This document shows positions 38,258 to 48,277 of a stretch of DNA of 64,000 nucleotides, in pieces. The stretch comes from Oceanispirochaeta sp. (GTDB lineage Bacteria > Spirochaetota > Spirochaetia > DSM-2461): positions 704,001-768,000 of the forward strand of contig CAXXXD010000004.1 of the NCBI GenBank assembly GCA_963663385.2. The letters are read 5' to 3'. The position numbers were made by a program, and so were the translations under genes. Below the pieces are notes generated by a model. That model searched no databases. It was given only the letters and a program-made list of their open reading frames with translations, and was not told where the DNA came from. The number at the start of each line of letters is the position of its first letter. Positions within the stretch are counted from its first letter, which is position 1.

Positions 38258-41203
38258 GTGAAAGACATTATGCAGAGTGAATTCTATAATAAAATCCTGA
38301 ACTCGGTACACGACCATATTGTAGTAGTATCGGATGATTTTCATATCATTTATCACAACTACAGTTTTGAAACCCTTCTTCTGCTGCTGGGAAAGGATCA
38401 GTCTGTTTTCCGCGGCAGGGATCTGAGGAGTGTTCTGCCGCAGCCTCTTAAGGACATTATCCCTTCTATAGAGGAGTGTTTCAGACGGGGCGAGATCATC
38501 CGGCAGACACTCTCGCTTAGTATTTTAAATACACCCACCTATCTTAAACTGGTTGCTATTCCGGATTATTCGGGAAATACCGTTCAGAATATTCAGATTA
38601 TTTTGCGGAATACCACCGATGTGGAGCTCCAGAGGCGGGAGCTGAATCAGAAGGTTCAGTTTTTTTCCCAGTTGGTCCGTTATGCCCCCTTAGGGGTTTT
38701 TCTTATCGATCTGGATAATACCAGTATGACTATCTCACACTGGAACCCGGCTATGTCCGATAATTTTTCCCTGAGTGAATCTGAAGTCTTCGGTCGGGAT
38801 TTAAAGGATATATACCCTTTTTCCGATCTTTATGAAGAGATTTCCCCCGCTATTCATGCCATAACTCAAACAGGGCTCTTCTATAAGATCCCTGAGCTGA
38901 CCATCCCTCCTCTCCGAAAGGATTCCGGTTCTGTCCGATACTTCTATCTTAATCTTGTCCCGATAAAACAGGATTCCGGACCTATATATAATGTCCTGGG
39001 CATTATGGATGATATTACAGAGCAAACTCTGGAAGACAGGAAACTTCAGAAGTATAAAAGCAGGCTGGAATCCAGCCTTGAAAAAACTTCCAATCAGCTG
39101 GATGAAACTACGGCTGAAATATCATCCATTTTGAACAACTCTTCGGGAGTCTGCATTTTTTCTCTGGACAGTAATCTGAATTACAGGGTTTTCAACGCCT
39201 ATCACAAACTGCTGATGGCCAGGATCTTTAACAGGGAAATAAGGAAAGGTGATTCCTATCTGGAGTTGATCGCTTCCAATCCGGCCTTTCATGATCTTAT
39301 GGAAAAATACCTGAAAAATGCATTGTACGGTGTAATTGTCAAGACAGAAACTGAACTGATAGCTGATATAAGGGAACCGCAGTTCTACGATACCCTTATT
39401 ACTCCCCTCTATTCAGAGAAGCAGGAGATTAAAGGCGTCACGGTCATTCTGATAGATACAACAGATCTGAGGCGGTCCGAAAAGGAAGCGTTTATATTCA
39501 AGACTGTTGCTGATAATGCCAGCTATGGCGTAATGATTACTGACGAGACGTTTCAGATACACTATTGCAACAGATATTGGGAGAATCTTTTCGGTTATGC
39601 TGAATATTCTCTGACCGGGAAAAAAGCGGATCTCATCTTCCATGAGAAAAATCTTACCCGGATCAGGCAGTCCATCAGGAAATTCAGAGAAGGCGGCGGA
39701 GCCATGAGTCAGCTGGAACTGGATCTGAAGACAGTCGACCATGAACATATGACTGTTCTTCTGAATATTGTCGTATACGGAAAAGACAAATCAAACCCCG
39801 AAGGCATTGCTTTTACCTGCATGGATATTACTCCTATGAAAGATGCCAGGGAAGCCATCATCCTTGCCCGTGACAATGCGGAAAAAGCTTCTGTTATGAA
39901 AAGCTCTTTTGTGGCGAATATGAGCCATGAAATCCGTACGCCCTTAAACAGTATTATCGGTTTTTCCCGGCTTCTTGAAGCTGAGCTGACCAGTGATAAA
40001 CAGAAGGGTCTGCTGAACAGTCTGGTCGCCAGCAGCCGGATACTGAAGGGACTTATCAGTGATATCCTGGACTTTTCCAAGATCGAAGCAGGCAAAATGA
40101 CTCTGGCTTCCGATATCATTGAATCCCGGGATTTCTTTATACAGCTTTTTCAGATGTTCAGTATTCAGGCGGGGAATAAAAATCTGACCTTTTCCGTTGT
40201 GTCCCGTGGAAAAATCCCGAAGCGGTTTGTTTCGGACAGCATACGGGTCAGGCAGGTCCTTATAAACCTGCTGGGAAACGCCATGAAATTTACAGGCAGC
40301 GGAATTGTGACCCTTTCAATTGAATATGCGGCAGAAGAGAGGCAGTTTATCATGTCAGTAGCCGATTCGGGGGTGGGGATCCCCGCGGCAGATATCAATC
40401 TGATCTTTAATCCCTTTGAACAGAAAGAAAAAGAGGATAAAAGACGGTTTGAAGGAACAGGTCTGGGATTATCCATTACCAAACAGCTGATAGAGCTGAT
40501 GAACGGCGCAATCAGTGTCAGCAGCGAAGAGTATAAAGGGAGTCTGTTCCGCATTGTCATCCCTGTTGAAACCTATGGAAACGATGTCATTGATTTGCCT
40601 GAATGGTCGTTCGTCCCGGAAATACAGATCGAGAATCCCGTTTGCTACAGCACTGTCTCTTTTCCGGAATATCCAGGGTTTCAGAAAAAATGGGGGTATA
40701 CCCTGGTGTATGCTGCAAACCCCGATGACCTTCCAGCAGATGTTCTGACGGACCGGTCGTCCATTTTGATACATAAATATTCCGAAACTGTTTCCGTCTA
40801 TAATGATATGGCCCGAATATGTCTCTGTTCCCCTGATGAAATCCTGAACCGGGAAGACAGCGCCGCTGTTAAGTATATTATTGAAGGCCTGTCCGATGAG
40901 AGTGTTTTTGCCAAAGTGCGCAGCTGTCTGGCGGCCCTGAATCAGGGCCGTATGGAAAAGGAGCCTGACTTCTCACTGTTGAGCGGCGGGGATATCGACG
41001 TTCTTCTTCATGCTGTTGAAACAAAGGATTCGACGGAGATCCGAAAAATGGCTGTCATTCTGAAAAACTGCGGCACCGATGGTTCTGTCCTGTCAGAAGA
41101 GGTGATGGACGCCCTGGAGAATTTCGAGATTCCCCGGCTGAATTCCAAACTGGAAAAAGTGGCAAACAGCCTTAAGGAGTATATAGGAGGTTCTCATGAA
41201 TAA
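38258..41203 (+). CDS. Multi-PAS sensor histidine kinase with degenerate C-terminal domains
   Basis: FVANMSHEIRTPLNSIIG, NLLGNAMKFT, DSGVGI, GTGLGLSI. Confidence 0.92.
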   Translation: MKDIMQSEFYNKILNSVHDHIVVVSDDFHIIYHNYSFETLLLLLGKDQSVFRGRDLRSVLPQPLKDIIPSIEECFRRGEIIRQTLSLSILNTPTYLKLVAIPDYSGNTVQNIQIILRNTTDVELQRRELNQKVQFFSQLVRYAPLGVFLIDLDNTSMTISHWNPAMSDNFSLSESEVFGRDLKDIYPFSDLYEEISPAIHAITQTGLFYKIPELTIPPLRKDSGSVRYFYLNLVPIKQDSGPIYNVLGIMDDITEQTLEDRKLQKYKSRLESSLEKTSNQLDETTAEISSILNNSSGVCIFSLDSNLNYRVFNAYHKLLMARIFNREIRKGDSYLELIASNPAFHDLMEKYLKNALYGVIVKTETELIADIREPQFYDTLITPLYSEKQEIKGVTVILIDTTDLRRSEKEAFIFKTVADNASYGVMITDETFQIHYCNRYWENLFGYAEYSLTGKKADLIFHEKNLTRIRQSIRKFREGGGAMSQLELDLKTVDHEHMTVLLNIVVYGKDKSNPEGIAFTCMDITPMKDAREAIILARDNAEKASVMKSSFVANMSHEIRTPLNSIIGFSRLLEAELTSDKQKGLLNSLVASSRILKGLISDILDFSKIEAGKMTLASDIIESRDFFIQLFQMFSIQAGNKNLTFSVVSRGKIPKRFVSDSIRVRQVLINLLGNAMKFTGSGIVTLSIEYAAEERQFIMSVADSGVGIPAADINLIFNPFEQKEKEDKRRFEGTGLGLSITKQLIELMNGAISVSSEEYKGSLFRIVIPVETYGNDVIDLPEWSFVPEIQIENPVCYSTVSFPEYPGFQKKWGYTLVYAANPDDLPADVLTDRSSILIHKYSETVSVYNDMARICLCSPDEILNREDSAAVKYIIEGLSDESVFAKVRSCLAALNQGRMEKEPDFSLLSGGDIDVLLHAVETKDSTEIRKMAVILKNCGTDGSVLSEEVMDALENFEIPRLNSKLEKVANSLKEYIGGSHE

Positions 41204-42383
41204 GAAGCGGATCCTGGTTGTTGATGATACGGCTCCCAATCTAAAACTTCTGGGAAACATACTGCAGGCGACATACTCTCTCAGTTTCGCGACCAGCGGA
41301 GGGGACGCTTTGAAAATCCTGGAGAAATTTCACCCGGATCTGATCCTGCTGGATATTATGATGCCCGGTATGGACGGATTTGAAGTGTGCAGAAGAGTGA
41401 AAGCCAACCCCGTTCTGAACGGGATTCCCATTTTGTTTATTACAGCCAAGGCGGATAAGGAAAGCGTCATAAGGAGCTATGAGCTGGGAGGCGAAGGATA
41501 CATTCTCAAACCGTTTGAAATGGATGATGTTTTAGACCGGGTAAGGAAACTGATACCCCAGTCAGATCAGGATTCATCCGGCAGCCTCAGCCGGGAACTT
41601 TATCCCGTCAACCCGCTTATGCAGAAAAACAGGATCAGAAATTACAAACTTTATATCAGTATGATTAAAAAAGATCTGGGCAGCAAGCTCAATGAGATTG
41701 AGGAAAATGTTGCAAATCTCGTGACATCTGTTCCGACGCTGATTAAATATCTGGAGGATATGGAGAACCTGATATTCAATCTGGATAAAAAAAGCCTTCA
41801 ATCCGTAGAAAGGATGTATGAAAAGGTTCAAGCAGATAAACTGAATCCTGATCTGGTCAGCGCCATACACTCCTTTTATGAGGAAATACAGAAAACCCAG
41901 TTTCGGCTTGTAGATATAACATCAGAACTCTGGGAGGATACACCTGCTTCCCCAATGGATTTTTTTCCTGTCTCTCTTATCAGAACTCTGGAGTCCGCCT
42001 TTCCCGGGTATATTTCCTTTTACAGGGAGGAAGGAGCAAATCCCTATATTACCGGATCTGAATCCTCTTTTATGCAGGTTGTTCTTTCTCTGGTGGATAA
42101 TGCCATTGAGGCGGCGATTCCAGATAATATAAAACCGGAAATAGTCATCCGTATGGAAAAAGGTGAGGGGAGTCTGATTTTCCATATTGAAGATAACGGG
42201 TGCGGTATAGGCCGTGAAGATTTTCAGACCCTGGTTAAACCGTTTTTTTCCGGAAAGAAAAACAATCCGGGGCTTGGGCTGACAGCGGTGGAATGGTTGA
42301 TGACCAGGGAATTCAAGGGACATTTCTCTCTGGAAAATAGAGAGAACGGGTGCAGGGCCTCCCTGGTTTTTCCGGTGAACTGA
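41196..42383 (+). CDS. Response regulator receiver fused to HATPase_c, no recognisable H-box His
   Basis: ILVVDD, LILLDIMMP, KPF; C-terminal DNAIEA, DNGCGI, GLGL. Confidence 0.85.
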   Translation: MNKKRILVVDDTAPNLKLLGNILQATYSLSFATSGGDALKILEKFHPDLILLDIMMPGMDGFEVCRRVKANPVLNGIPILFITAKADKESVIRSYELGGEGYILKPFEMDDVLDRVRKLIPQSDQDSSGSLSRELYPVNPLMQKNRIRNYKLYISMIKKDLGSKLNEIEENVANLVTSVPTLIKYLEDMENLIFNLDKKSLQSVERMYEKVQADKLNPDLVSAIHSFYEEIQKTQFRLVDITSELWEDTPASPMDFFPVSLIRTLESAFPGYISFYREEGANPYITGSESSFMQVVLSLVDNAIEAAIPDNIKPEIVIRMEKGEGSLIFHIEDNGCGIGREDFQTLVKPFFSGKKNNPGLGLTAVEWLMTREFKGHFSLENRENGCRASLVFPVN

Positions 42384-42385
42384 CC

Positions 42386-43120
42386 CTATTTTTTCCGTTC
42401 GTCCCTGTATTCCGGGTAGTGATGATCCAGGCAGTCCGGGCAGATCCCATGGCTGAAATCTATATCAGCTTCTCTGTTAAGGTAACTTTCAATAGGATGC
42501 CATCTCCCGTTTTTATCCCGTATCCTTTTACAGAAGGAACAGATCGGCAGGTGTTCATTCAGACGGCGGATCTCTTTCTGATAGATACTTCGGCTGATTT
42601 CGTATGAGAAGATTATAAAGCAGTTGAATCCGTATACGATCAGAGCCGCCAGACTCTCCAAACCGTTGTAGGCAATGCATATAAAACCCGAACGGGATAA
42701 AATATAGAGAGTCCCCAGCAGTGACAGATGAAGGGATATCCAGAAAATCCCCCGTTTAATCCCGCGGGTGGAAACAAAAAGCCCCGGAAAAGCCAGACAC
42801 CAGAAAATTCCGGTATGGCCGAATCCTCCATTCCAATAGAGATAGAGTGATAGCAGCACTGTAATAAAATTAAGGGTTATGGAAGGGATGATATTACTTT
42901 TTCTGTACCTGAAAACCAGGATATTGACTGTCAGAATGATTATCCCGGCTCCGGTCTCAAACAGCCCCGCATATGTCTTGCCTATTATCAGATTCACAAT
43001 TCCGAAAACGGTAAAGAGAGCTGAAATCAGAAACGAGACAGAAAAGGAAATATGATTCCTCATGCGGTCATTTTCTGTATTTTTATGCAGAGGATCCTGT
43101 TGAATATAAGCATGTCCCAT
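42386..43120 (-). CDS. Membrane protein with C-terminal CxxC...HxxCxxC motif
   Basis: About 5-6 hydrophobic segments, then LPICSFCKRIRD...FSHGICPDC. Confidence 0.8.
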   Translation of the reverse strand: MGHAYIQQDPLHKNTENDRMRNHISFSVSFLISALFTVFGIVNLIIGKTYAGLFETGAGIIILTVNILVFRYRKSNIIPSITLNFITVLLSLYLYWNGGFGHTGIFWCLAFPGLFVSTRGIKRGIFWISLHLSLLGTLYILSRSGFICIAYNGLESLAALIVYGFNCFIIFSYEISRSIYQKEIRRLNEHLPICSFCKRIRDKNGRWHPIESYLNREADIDFSHGICPDCLDHHYPEYRDERKK

Positions 43121-43215
43121 ATATTAAGAATGCGCTAAAAGAAATGATAATGCAAGTAGTTGTAATCCCGAATTCAGGTTGACAAGGGAGGAGAATCCTA
43201 TGTAGTATTACTAGT

Positions 43216-43896
43216 ATGATCAGTGATAGTGTTAGTAGGGATACAGAGAATCCTCCCTCCCTGAAAGGCAGAATCTATCAGGAAATTCTGTTTGGAATCC
43301 TCACAAACGGATTTTCCCTGGACTCTTTTCTGGTAGAAAAGAAGCTGTGTGAAAATTTCGGCGTTAGCCGCTCCCCCGTGCGGGAAGCGCTTGTAGAGCT
43401 CTGCCGGGACGGGATTCTGAAAAATATCCCGAGAGCCGGGTACCAGATTGTGCGAATTTCTGAAAAACAGATGCGTGATGCCTTCCAGATAAGACTTCTG
43501 CTGGAGTCGGAAGGGCTGGAACTGGCATTTGAGCGTATAAATGATAAGGATATTGCTTCTCTGAAAACAATTGCAAATGAATCAACCAGGGCCCTCCTTG
43601 AAGAGGGGAGTATCTCTCTCCTGCGGCGGATGAATCTGAATGATGCTTTTCATATCAGCCTCTGTTCCCTTTCCGGCAACACACTTCTCAGTTCCTACCT
43701 GTCCGAAACCCTGAAGCTGCTGCATAGGGGGATGGCCCAGTTTATGATAGAAGAGTCCCAGCTGCCTCAGTCTGCTCATTCGATCCACCATCAATTGATT
43801 GAAGCCCTTGAGAGCCGGAAAAAAGATCTGGCTCTCAGGTATCTGAAAGAAGATATTTACTCCATGGAAAAGAAGCTCTGGGAGGTTTTAATATGA
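43216..43896 (+). CDS. GntR family regulator (FCD domain)
   Basis: EKKLCENFGVSRSPVREAL, AFHISLCSLSGN. Confidence 0.92.
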   Translation: MISDSVSRDTENPPSLKGRIYQEILFGILTNGFSLDSFLVEKKLCENFGVSRSPVREALVELCRDGILKNIPRAGYQIVRISEKQMRDAFQIRLLLESEGLELAFERINDKDIASLKTIANESTRALLEEGSISLLRRMNLNDAFHISLCSLSGNTLLSSYLSETLKLLHRGMAQFMIEESQLPQSAHSIHHQLIEALESRKKDLALRYLKEDIYSMEKKLWEVLI

Positions 43897-45182
43897 ACCG
43901 GAAGGATTGGCCTCTGTATATCGACCTGATACACAGGGAAGTTGTACCTGCCCTGGGGTGTACCGAACCAACCGCCGTCGCTCTGGCCTCCGCCCGGGCT
44001 GCGGAAGAGCTGGGAAAGGAACCCGAGTCTATAGACGTATACCTTAGCCGGAATGTGCTTAAAAACGGTTTGAGTGTGGGAATTCCCGGAACAGGAATGT
44101 ACGGTCTGGATACTGCCGCAGCTGTCGGTGCACTGGACGGCCGGTCTGAGCTGGAGCTTGAGGTTTTAAAACAGATCTCTCCCGAAGGTTTGGAAAAGGC
44201 CAGGAAACTGCTGGCGGGGGGACGGGTGCAGGTTCGGTTAAAGGATTGCCCTGATATTCTGTATATTGAGGTAATCCTCCGCTCCGGCAGCGAAACAAGC
44301 CGGGTTATTATAAAAGAACGTCATGCCAATATCTGTGTGGTGGAACATAACGGACGGGTTGTTTTCAAAAAGGATCAGGAAGAAGAGAACGCCCTTAAAG
44401 AGGAATACGAGAGCATCAGGATGACGGAAAGGGATGTGTGGGACTTCGCCAATAATGCGCCCCTTGATGATCTCCGTTTTATTAAGGAGGCGGCGGATAT
44501 CAATACCCGAATCTCCGAGGAAGGTTTAAGCGGGGAATATGGTCTGCAGGTCGGCCGTTCCATTGATAAAAGTATTTCCAAGGGTTATCTGGAAGCCGAT
44601 TTGAGTAATGAAGCCATACGCCGGACGACCGGGGGGACAGATGCCCGTATGGCAGGATGCGATCTTCCTGTGATGAGCAATTCGGGGAGCGGAAACCAGG
44701 GGATCACCGCAACCATGCCTGTGGTCGCCGTGGCGGAGAAGCTTAAGGTTTCGGAGGAACAGCTTATCCGGGCCCTGATATTGAGCCATCTGACATCAAT
44801 CCATATTAAATCGTCCATGGATCGGCTTTCGGCTCTCTGCGGGGCTTCCGTTGCGGCAACCGGTGCCAGCTGCGGTATTGTCTACCTTATGGGCGGAAGC
44901 TATGAACATATCGAATACGCCATTAAAAATATGGTGGGGAATGTGGCAGGCATGATCTGTGACGGGGCAAAAAATGCCTGTTCCCTGAAGATCGCCTCCT
45001 GTGTCAGTGCAGCTGTCCAGGGCGCCCTCCTGGCTATTAACAGCATCGGGGTGAGTAATATTGAAGGGATTGTGGAAGAAGATATTGAAAGGACAATTGC
45101 CAATCTGGTTCAACTGAGTTCTCCCGGTATGATTGAGACCGATAAGGTTATTCTGGATATTATGACTCATAAAAAGAACTGA
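43893..45182 (+). CDS. L-cysteine desulfidase-like (UPF0597/YhaM/CyuA, serine dehydratase alpha family)
   Basis: PALGCTEP, DARMAGCDLPVMSNSGSGNQG, LSALCG, GMICDGAKNACSLK. Confidence 0.88.
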   Translation: MNRKDWPLYIDLIHREVVPALGCTEPTAVALASARAAEELGKEPESIDVYLSRNVLKNGLSVGIPGTGMYGLDTAAAVGALDGRSELELEVLKQISPEGLEKARKLLAGGRVQVRLKDCPDILYIEVILRSGSETSRVIIKERHANICVVEHNGRVVFKKDQEEENALKEEYESIRMTERDVWDFANNAPLDDLRFIKEAADINTRISEEGLSGEYGLQVGRSIDKSISKGYLEADLSNEAIRRTTGGTDARMAGCDLPVMSNSGSGNQGITATMPVVAVAEKLKVSEEQLIRALILSHLTSIHIKSSMDRLSALCGASVAATGASCGIVYLMGGSYEHIEYAIKNMVGNVAGMICDGAKNACSLKIASCVSAAVQGALLAINSIGVSNIEGIVEEDIERTIANLVQLSSPGMIETDKVILDIMTHKKN

Positions 45183-45211
45183 TTTTGCCCACTGATACCG
45201 GTATCTTATAA

Positions 45212-45556
45212 TCAGATTTTAACCCGGTTCCCTTCGGAGAGAAGAAGAACATCCGGAATATGATCTTCCGCGTCCTTAATATCAATCGTACAGTAGGAGC
45301 AGATAATGACTTTGTCCCCTTTGTGGGCCAGTCTGGCGGCGGCTCCGTTCAGGCAGACTTCTCCTTCTTTTCCGTCTATTATATAGGTGGAGAATCTGGC
45401 TCCGTTATTGATGTTCAAAATATCAACTTTCTCGTGACGGAACATATTAACCGCTCTATACAGAGCCGGATCAACGGATACGGAACCCTCATAATTCAGG
45501 TCCGCATCTGTTACGGTGGCCCTATGCAGTTTGGATTTCAGCATTTCTATTTTCAT
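45212..45556 (-). CDS. panD: Aspartate 1-decarboxylase
   Basis: KSKLHRATVTDADLNYEGS, NGARFSTY, LNGAAAR. Confidence 0.97.
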   Translation of the reverse strand: MKIEMLKSKLHRATVTDADLNYEGSVSVDPALYRAVNMFRHEKVDILNINNGARFSTYIIDGKEGEVCLNGAAARLAHKGDKVIICSYCTIDIKDAEDHIPDVLLLSEGNRVKI

Positions 45557-46322
45557 TTCTGTTTAACTCCTGTATGAAATAAATCCCTTCCAGAACCAGA
45601 TCGGGATGGATGGCATCGAATAAACTTTCATGGCGAAAATGTTCAGCAAATCCACCGGTTCCAATAACAAGGGGCTCTTCCGTGGGAAATTTGTCCCTGC
45701 TTATTCTTTTGATAATTTCTCTGACAGCTCCCAGGTGCCCGTAGTAGAGGCCCGACTGGATGCACTCGGTAGTGGAACGGCCGCATATATCGGCGGGATG
45801 AATAAAAGCTACTTCCGGCAGGGCCGCTGTCTTTTCCGCCAGGGCCTGTCCGGCTATCCGGATACCCGGGACAATAGCACCTCCCAGGTATTCCCTGTGT
45901 TTTGTCACTGCCTCAAAGGTTGTGGCGGTTCCCATATCAACAATGATGATATTCCTATCGGTATAGCGGTAAGACCCGGCAACGGCAACCGCCACCCTGT
46001 CGGTTCCCAGTTCCAGAGGATTCCGGTAACGGATTTTCAGGCCTGTTATACTGTCCCTATCTACGGCAAAGGGCTGTTTGCCGTAATACCGGAGGCAGGC
46101 GGATTCGATCAGAGAGTTAAAAGCGGGGACAACACTGGCATAAGCTATGCGTTCCACCTCCTGCGCTTTGTACCCCTCCTGACGGAGCATCTCCAGTAGA
46201 AATTCGCCAAGATCCTTACCGGTCTCTGAATTGAACTCTTTTCTGAAGGGATGGATCAGTTCCCCTTTGCGGAAAAGCCCCCCCTTGAGCTCTGTGTTCC
46301 CTTTATCCAGTACCATTATCAT
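45522..46322 (-). CDS. coaX: Type III pantothenate kinase
   Basis: DKGNT, ELGTDR, VDMGTATT, GGAIVPG, TGG. Confidence 0.93.
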   Translation of the reverse strand: MIMVLDKGNTELKGGLFRKGELIHPFRKEFNSETGKDLGEFLLEMLRQEGYKAQEVERIAYASVVPAFNSLIESACLRYYGKQPFAVDRDSITGLKIRYRNPLELGTDRVAVAVAGSYRYTDRNIIIVDMGTATTFEAVTKHREYLGGAIVPGIRIAGQALAEKTAALPEVAFIHPADICGRSTTECIQSGLYYGHLGAVREIIKRISRDKFPTEEPLVIGTGGFAEHFRHESLFDAIHPDLVLEGIYFIQELNRNENRNAEIQTA

Positions 46323-46996
46323 CTGCGGACAGCTCCTTCTATAAGGGTGTGGATTATTTCCGCCATCTCCTTTTTCGTACTTGTCTGAAACAGGAGCTCT
46401 CCGCCTGATGCATATATGGCGGCCGGGTGTTTATGCTCTGATATTTCCGGAAGGTTATTGTGGATGATATAGTCGACGCTCTCCCTGTGGAGGAGCTTTT
46501 CTACAGCTCTTTTCATCTCTCCCATAGAAATGGTATTGGTCAGTTTAAAACCCACTACCACGGGAGTTTTGTTTTCCGGGGCATATGCCTTTATTTTTTC
46601 AAGGATTTTAGGGTTCCTTTTAAGATGAAGAGTCAGATTCCCGTCGGAAGGGATCTTTCCTTTTTCCTGCGGTTTTATAAGGGTTCCCTTTTCTGTTTTT
46701 ATATAATCCGGAGAAAAATCGCTTACTGCCGCCAGATGCACCACTCCATGGTACTCTCCGGTTTTAAGCAGGTATTCCATTTTTGTCTTCAGGTCCCGGA
46801 AGCTGGTAAAGGGAGCTCTTTTCATTTCTCTCTTTGGAAGAGCTGCCTTTCTGCCGTGGAGGAGGGTCACGTCAGCTCCCATTTCGCTGAGTCTGTCGGC
46901 CAGCAGGGCACCGGTCCTGCCGGTTGAAATATTCGTAATGGACCGGACTCCGTCTATGGGCTCCTCGGTTCCCCCTGAGGTAATCAGTATGTTCAC
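46319..46996 (-). CDS. coaB: Phosphopantothenate-cysteine ligase (stand-alone)
   Basis: ITSGGTEEPIDGVRSITNISTG, HLAAVSDF, VGFKL. Confidence 0.92.
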   Translation of the reverse strand: MNILITSGGTEEPIDGVRSITNISTGRTGALLADRLSEMGADVTLLHGRKAALPKREMKRAPFTSFRDLKTKMEYLLKTGEYHGVVHLAAVSDFSPDYIKTEKGTLIKPQEKGKIPSDGNLTLHLKRNPKILEKIKAYAPENKTPVVVGFKLTNTISMGEMKRAVEKLLHRESVDYIIHNNLPEISEHKHPAAIYASGGELLFQTSTKKEMAEIIHTLIEGAVRR

Positions 46997-47529
46997 AGGG
47001 CTTCCTCCAGCAGGCGGACAATTTCCTCCGGTTCGGGGGCCCGCCCTTTTCCGATTGTTCCGCAGGCCAGAAAGCCCTCTTCGGGTTCTATAATCCTGGC
47101 ACCCCAGTTTTTCAGGGTGCCAAGATTTTCCTGCATCGCCGGATGGGAGTACATATTGATATTCATGGCCGGACAGATCCAGTAGGGCTTTCTGAAATTA
47201 TTGGACAGGAAAACGGCGGAGACCAGGTCTTCTGCCAGCCCCATCCGGAGACGGGCGATCGTTGCGGCCGATGCCGGATAAAGGACAATTGCATCCGCCC
47301 ACTCGGAGAGCTTTATATGGGGAATCTCATAAGCGGGATTGAACATGTCCGTTTGAACAGGTTGTCCGGTTATGCCTTCCAGAGTCACGGCGCCGATAAA
47401 CGCCAGGGCTTTTTCGGTTGCCGCCGTTTTAACGTTATGACCCTTTTTTTTAAGGGCCGATGCCAGAGACGCCGCTTTAAAGGCGGATATGGAACCGCTG
47501 ATACAGATAAGGATATTAGACGGGGACAT
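46993..47529 (-). CDS. coaC: Phosphopantothenoylcysteine decarboxylase (stand-alone)
   Basis: SGSISAFK, PHIKL, PAMNINMY, LACGTIGKGR. Confidence 0.92.
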   Translation of the reverse strand: MSPSNILICISGSISAFKAASLASALKKKGHNVKTAATEKALAFIGAVTLEGITGQPVQTDMFNPAYEIPHIKLSEWADAIVLYPASAATIARLRMGLAEDLVSAVFLSNNFRKPYWICPAMNINMYSHPAMQENLGTLKNWGARIIEPEEGFLACGTIGKGRAPEPEEIVRLLEEAL

Positions 47530-48277
47530 TATCAATTAACCTCGCTTTTCCCAGAAAGACGGCTCCGAAGATCCTGTTTTCCTGTTTTTTCAGATAGTCC
47601 ACTGTAAAACCGGAATTCTCCAGTTCCCGCCGCATCTCTTCGATGGATTTTCCGGAACTGATGGTTTTATAAAAGAGAGGGGCGGTTTCCAGCTCGTCAG
47701 GAGTGAGCATTTTGTTCCGGGAGCTCATGGCCAGGCCGCTTTTTTCTCTTACCAGCGGGCAGGGAACTATGGCGGTGTCCAGAAAAAAAGCTTCGGCCAT
47801 TCCCCTGATCAGCCGGTACTGCTGCCAGTCCTTCTCTCCGAAATACGCTCTTGTGGCCCGGGTCATCCCCAGAAGTTTCATAACCACCGTAAGGACACCG
47901 TCAAAATGGCCCGGTCGGGCGGTTCCGCACAGATCCCGGGAGTAATCCGTTTCTATCACTTTATAACGGTAATCATCCCTGTACATATCTTCGTAGGAAG
48001 GGTAGAGAAGGTAGTCTGCTCCCGCGGCCTCCAGTTCGGCTGCATCCGCCTCCCATGTAACCGGGTACGCCCTCAGATCATCGGGGTTATTGAACTGGGT
48101 CGGATTGAGGTAGATGGAAACGGCGCATATGTCATTCTCTCTGACCGCTCTGTCCACCAGGCTGATATGGGCTTTGTGGAGGGCTCCCATGGTGGGAACG
48201 AAACCGGTGGTTTTCCCTTCCGTTTTTAAATCTCGGAACCTGTCTCTCCATTCTTCTATGGACTGGATAATCTTCAT
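47516..48277 (-). CDS. panC: Pantoate-beta-alanine ligase
   Basis: GFVPTMGALH, NPTQF, RPGHFDGV, FGEKDWQQ, LAMSSRN, RLIDN. Confidence 0.97.
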   Translation of the reverse strand: MKIIQSIEEWRDRFRDLKTEGKTTGFVPTMGALHKAHISLVDRAVRENDICAVSIYLNPTQFNNPDDLRAYPVTWEADAAELEAAGADYLLYPSYEDMYRDDYRYKVIETDYSRDLCGTARPGHFDGVLTVVMKLLGMTRATRAYFGEKDWQQYRLIRGMAEAFFLDTAIVPCPLVREKSGLAMSSRNKMLTPDELETAPLFYKTISSGKSIEEMRRELENSGFTVDYLKKQENRIFGAVFLGKARLIDNVPV

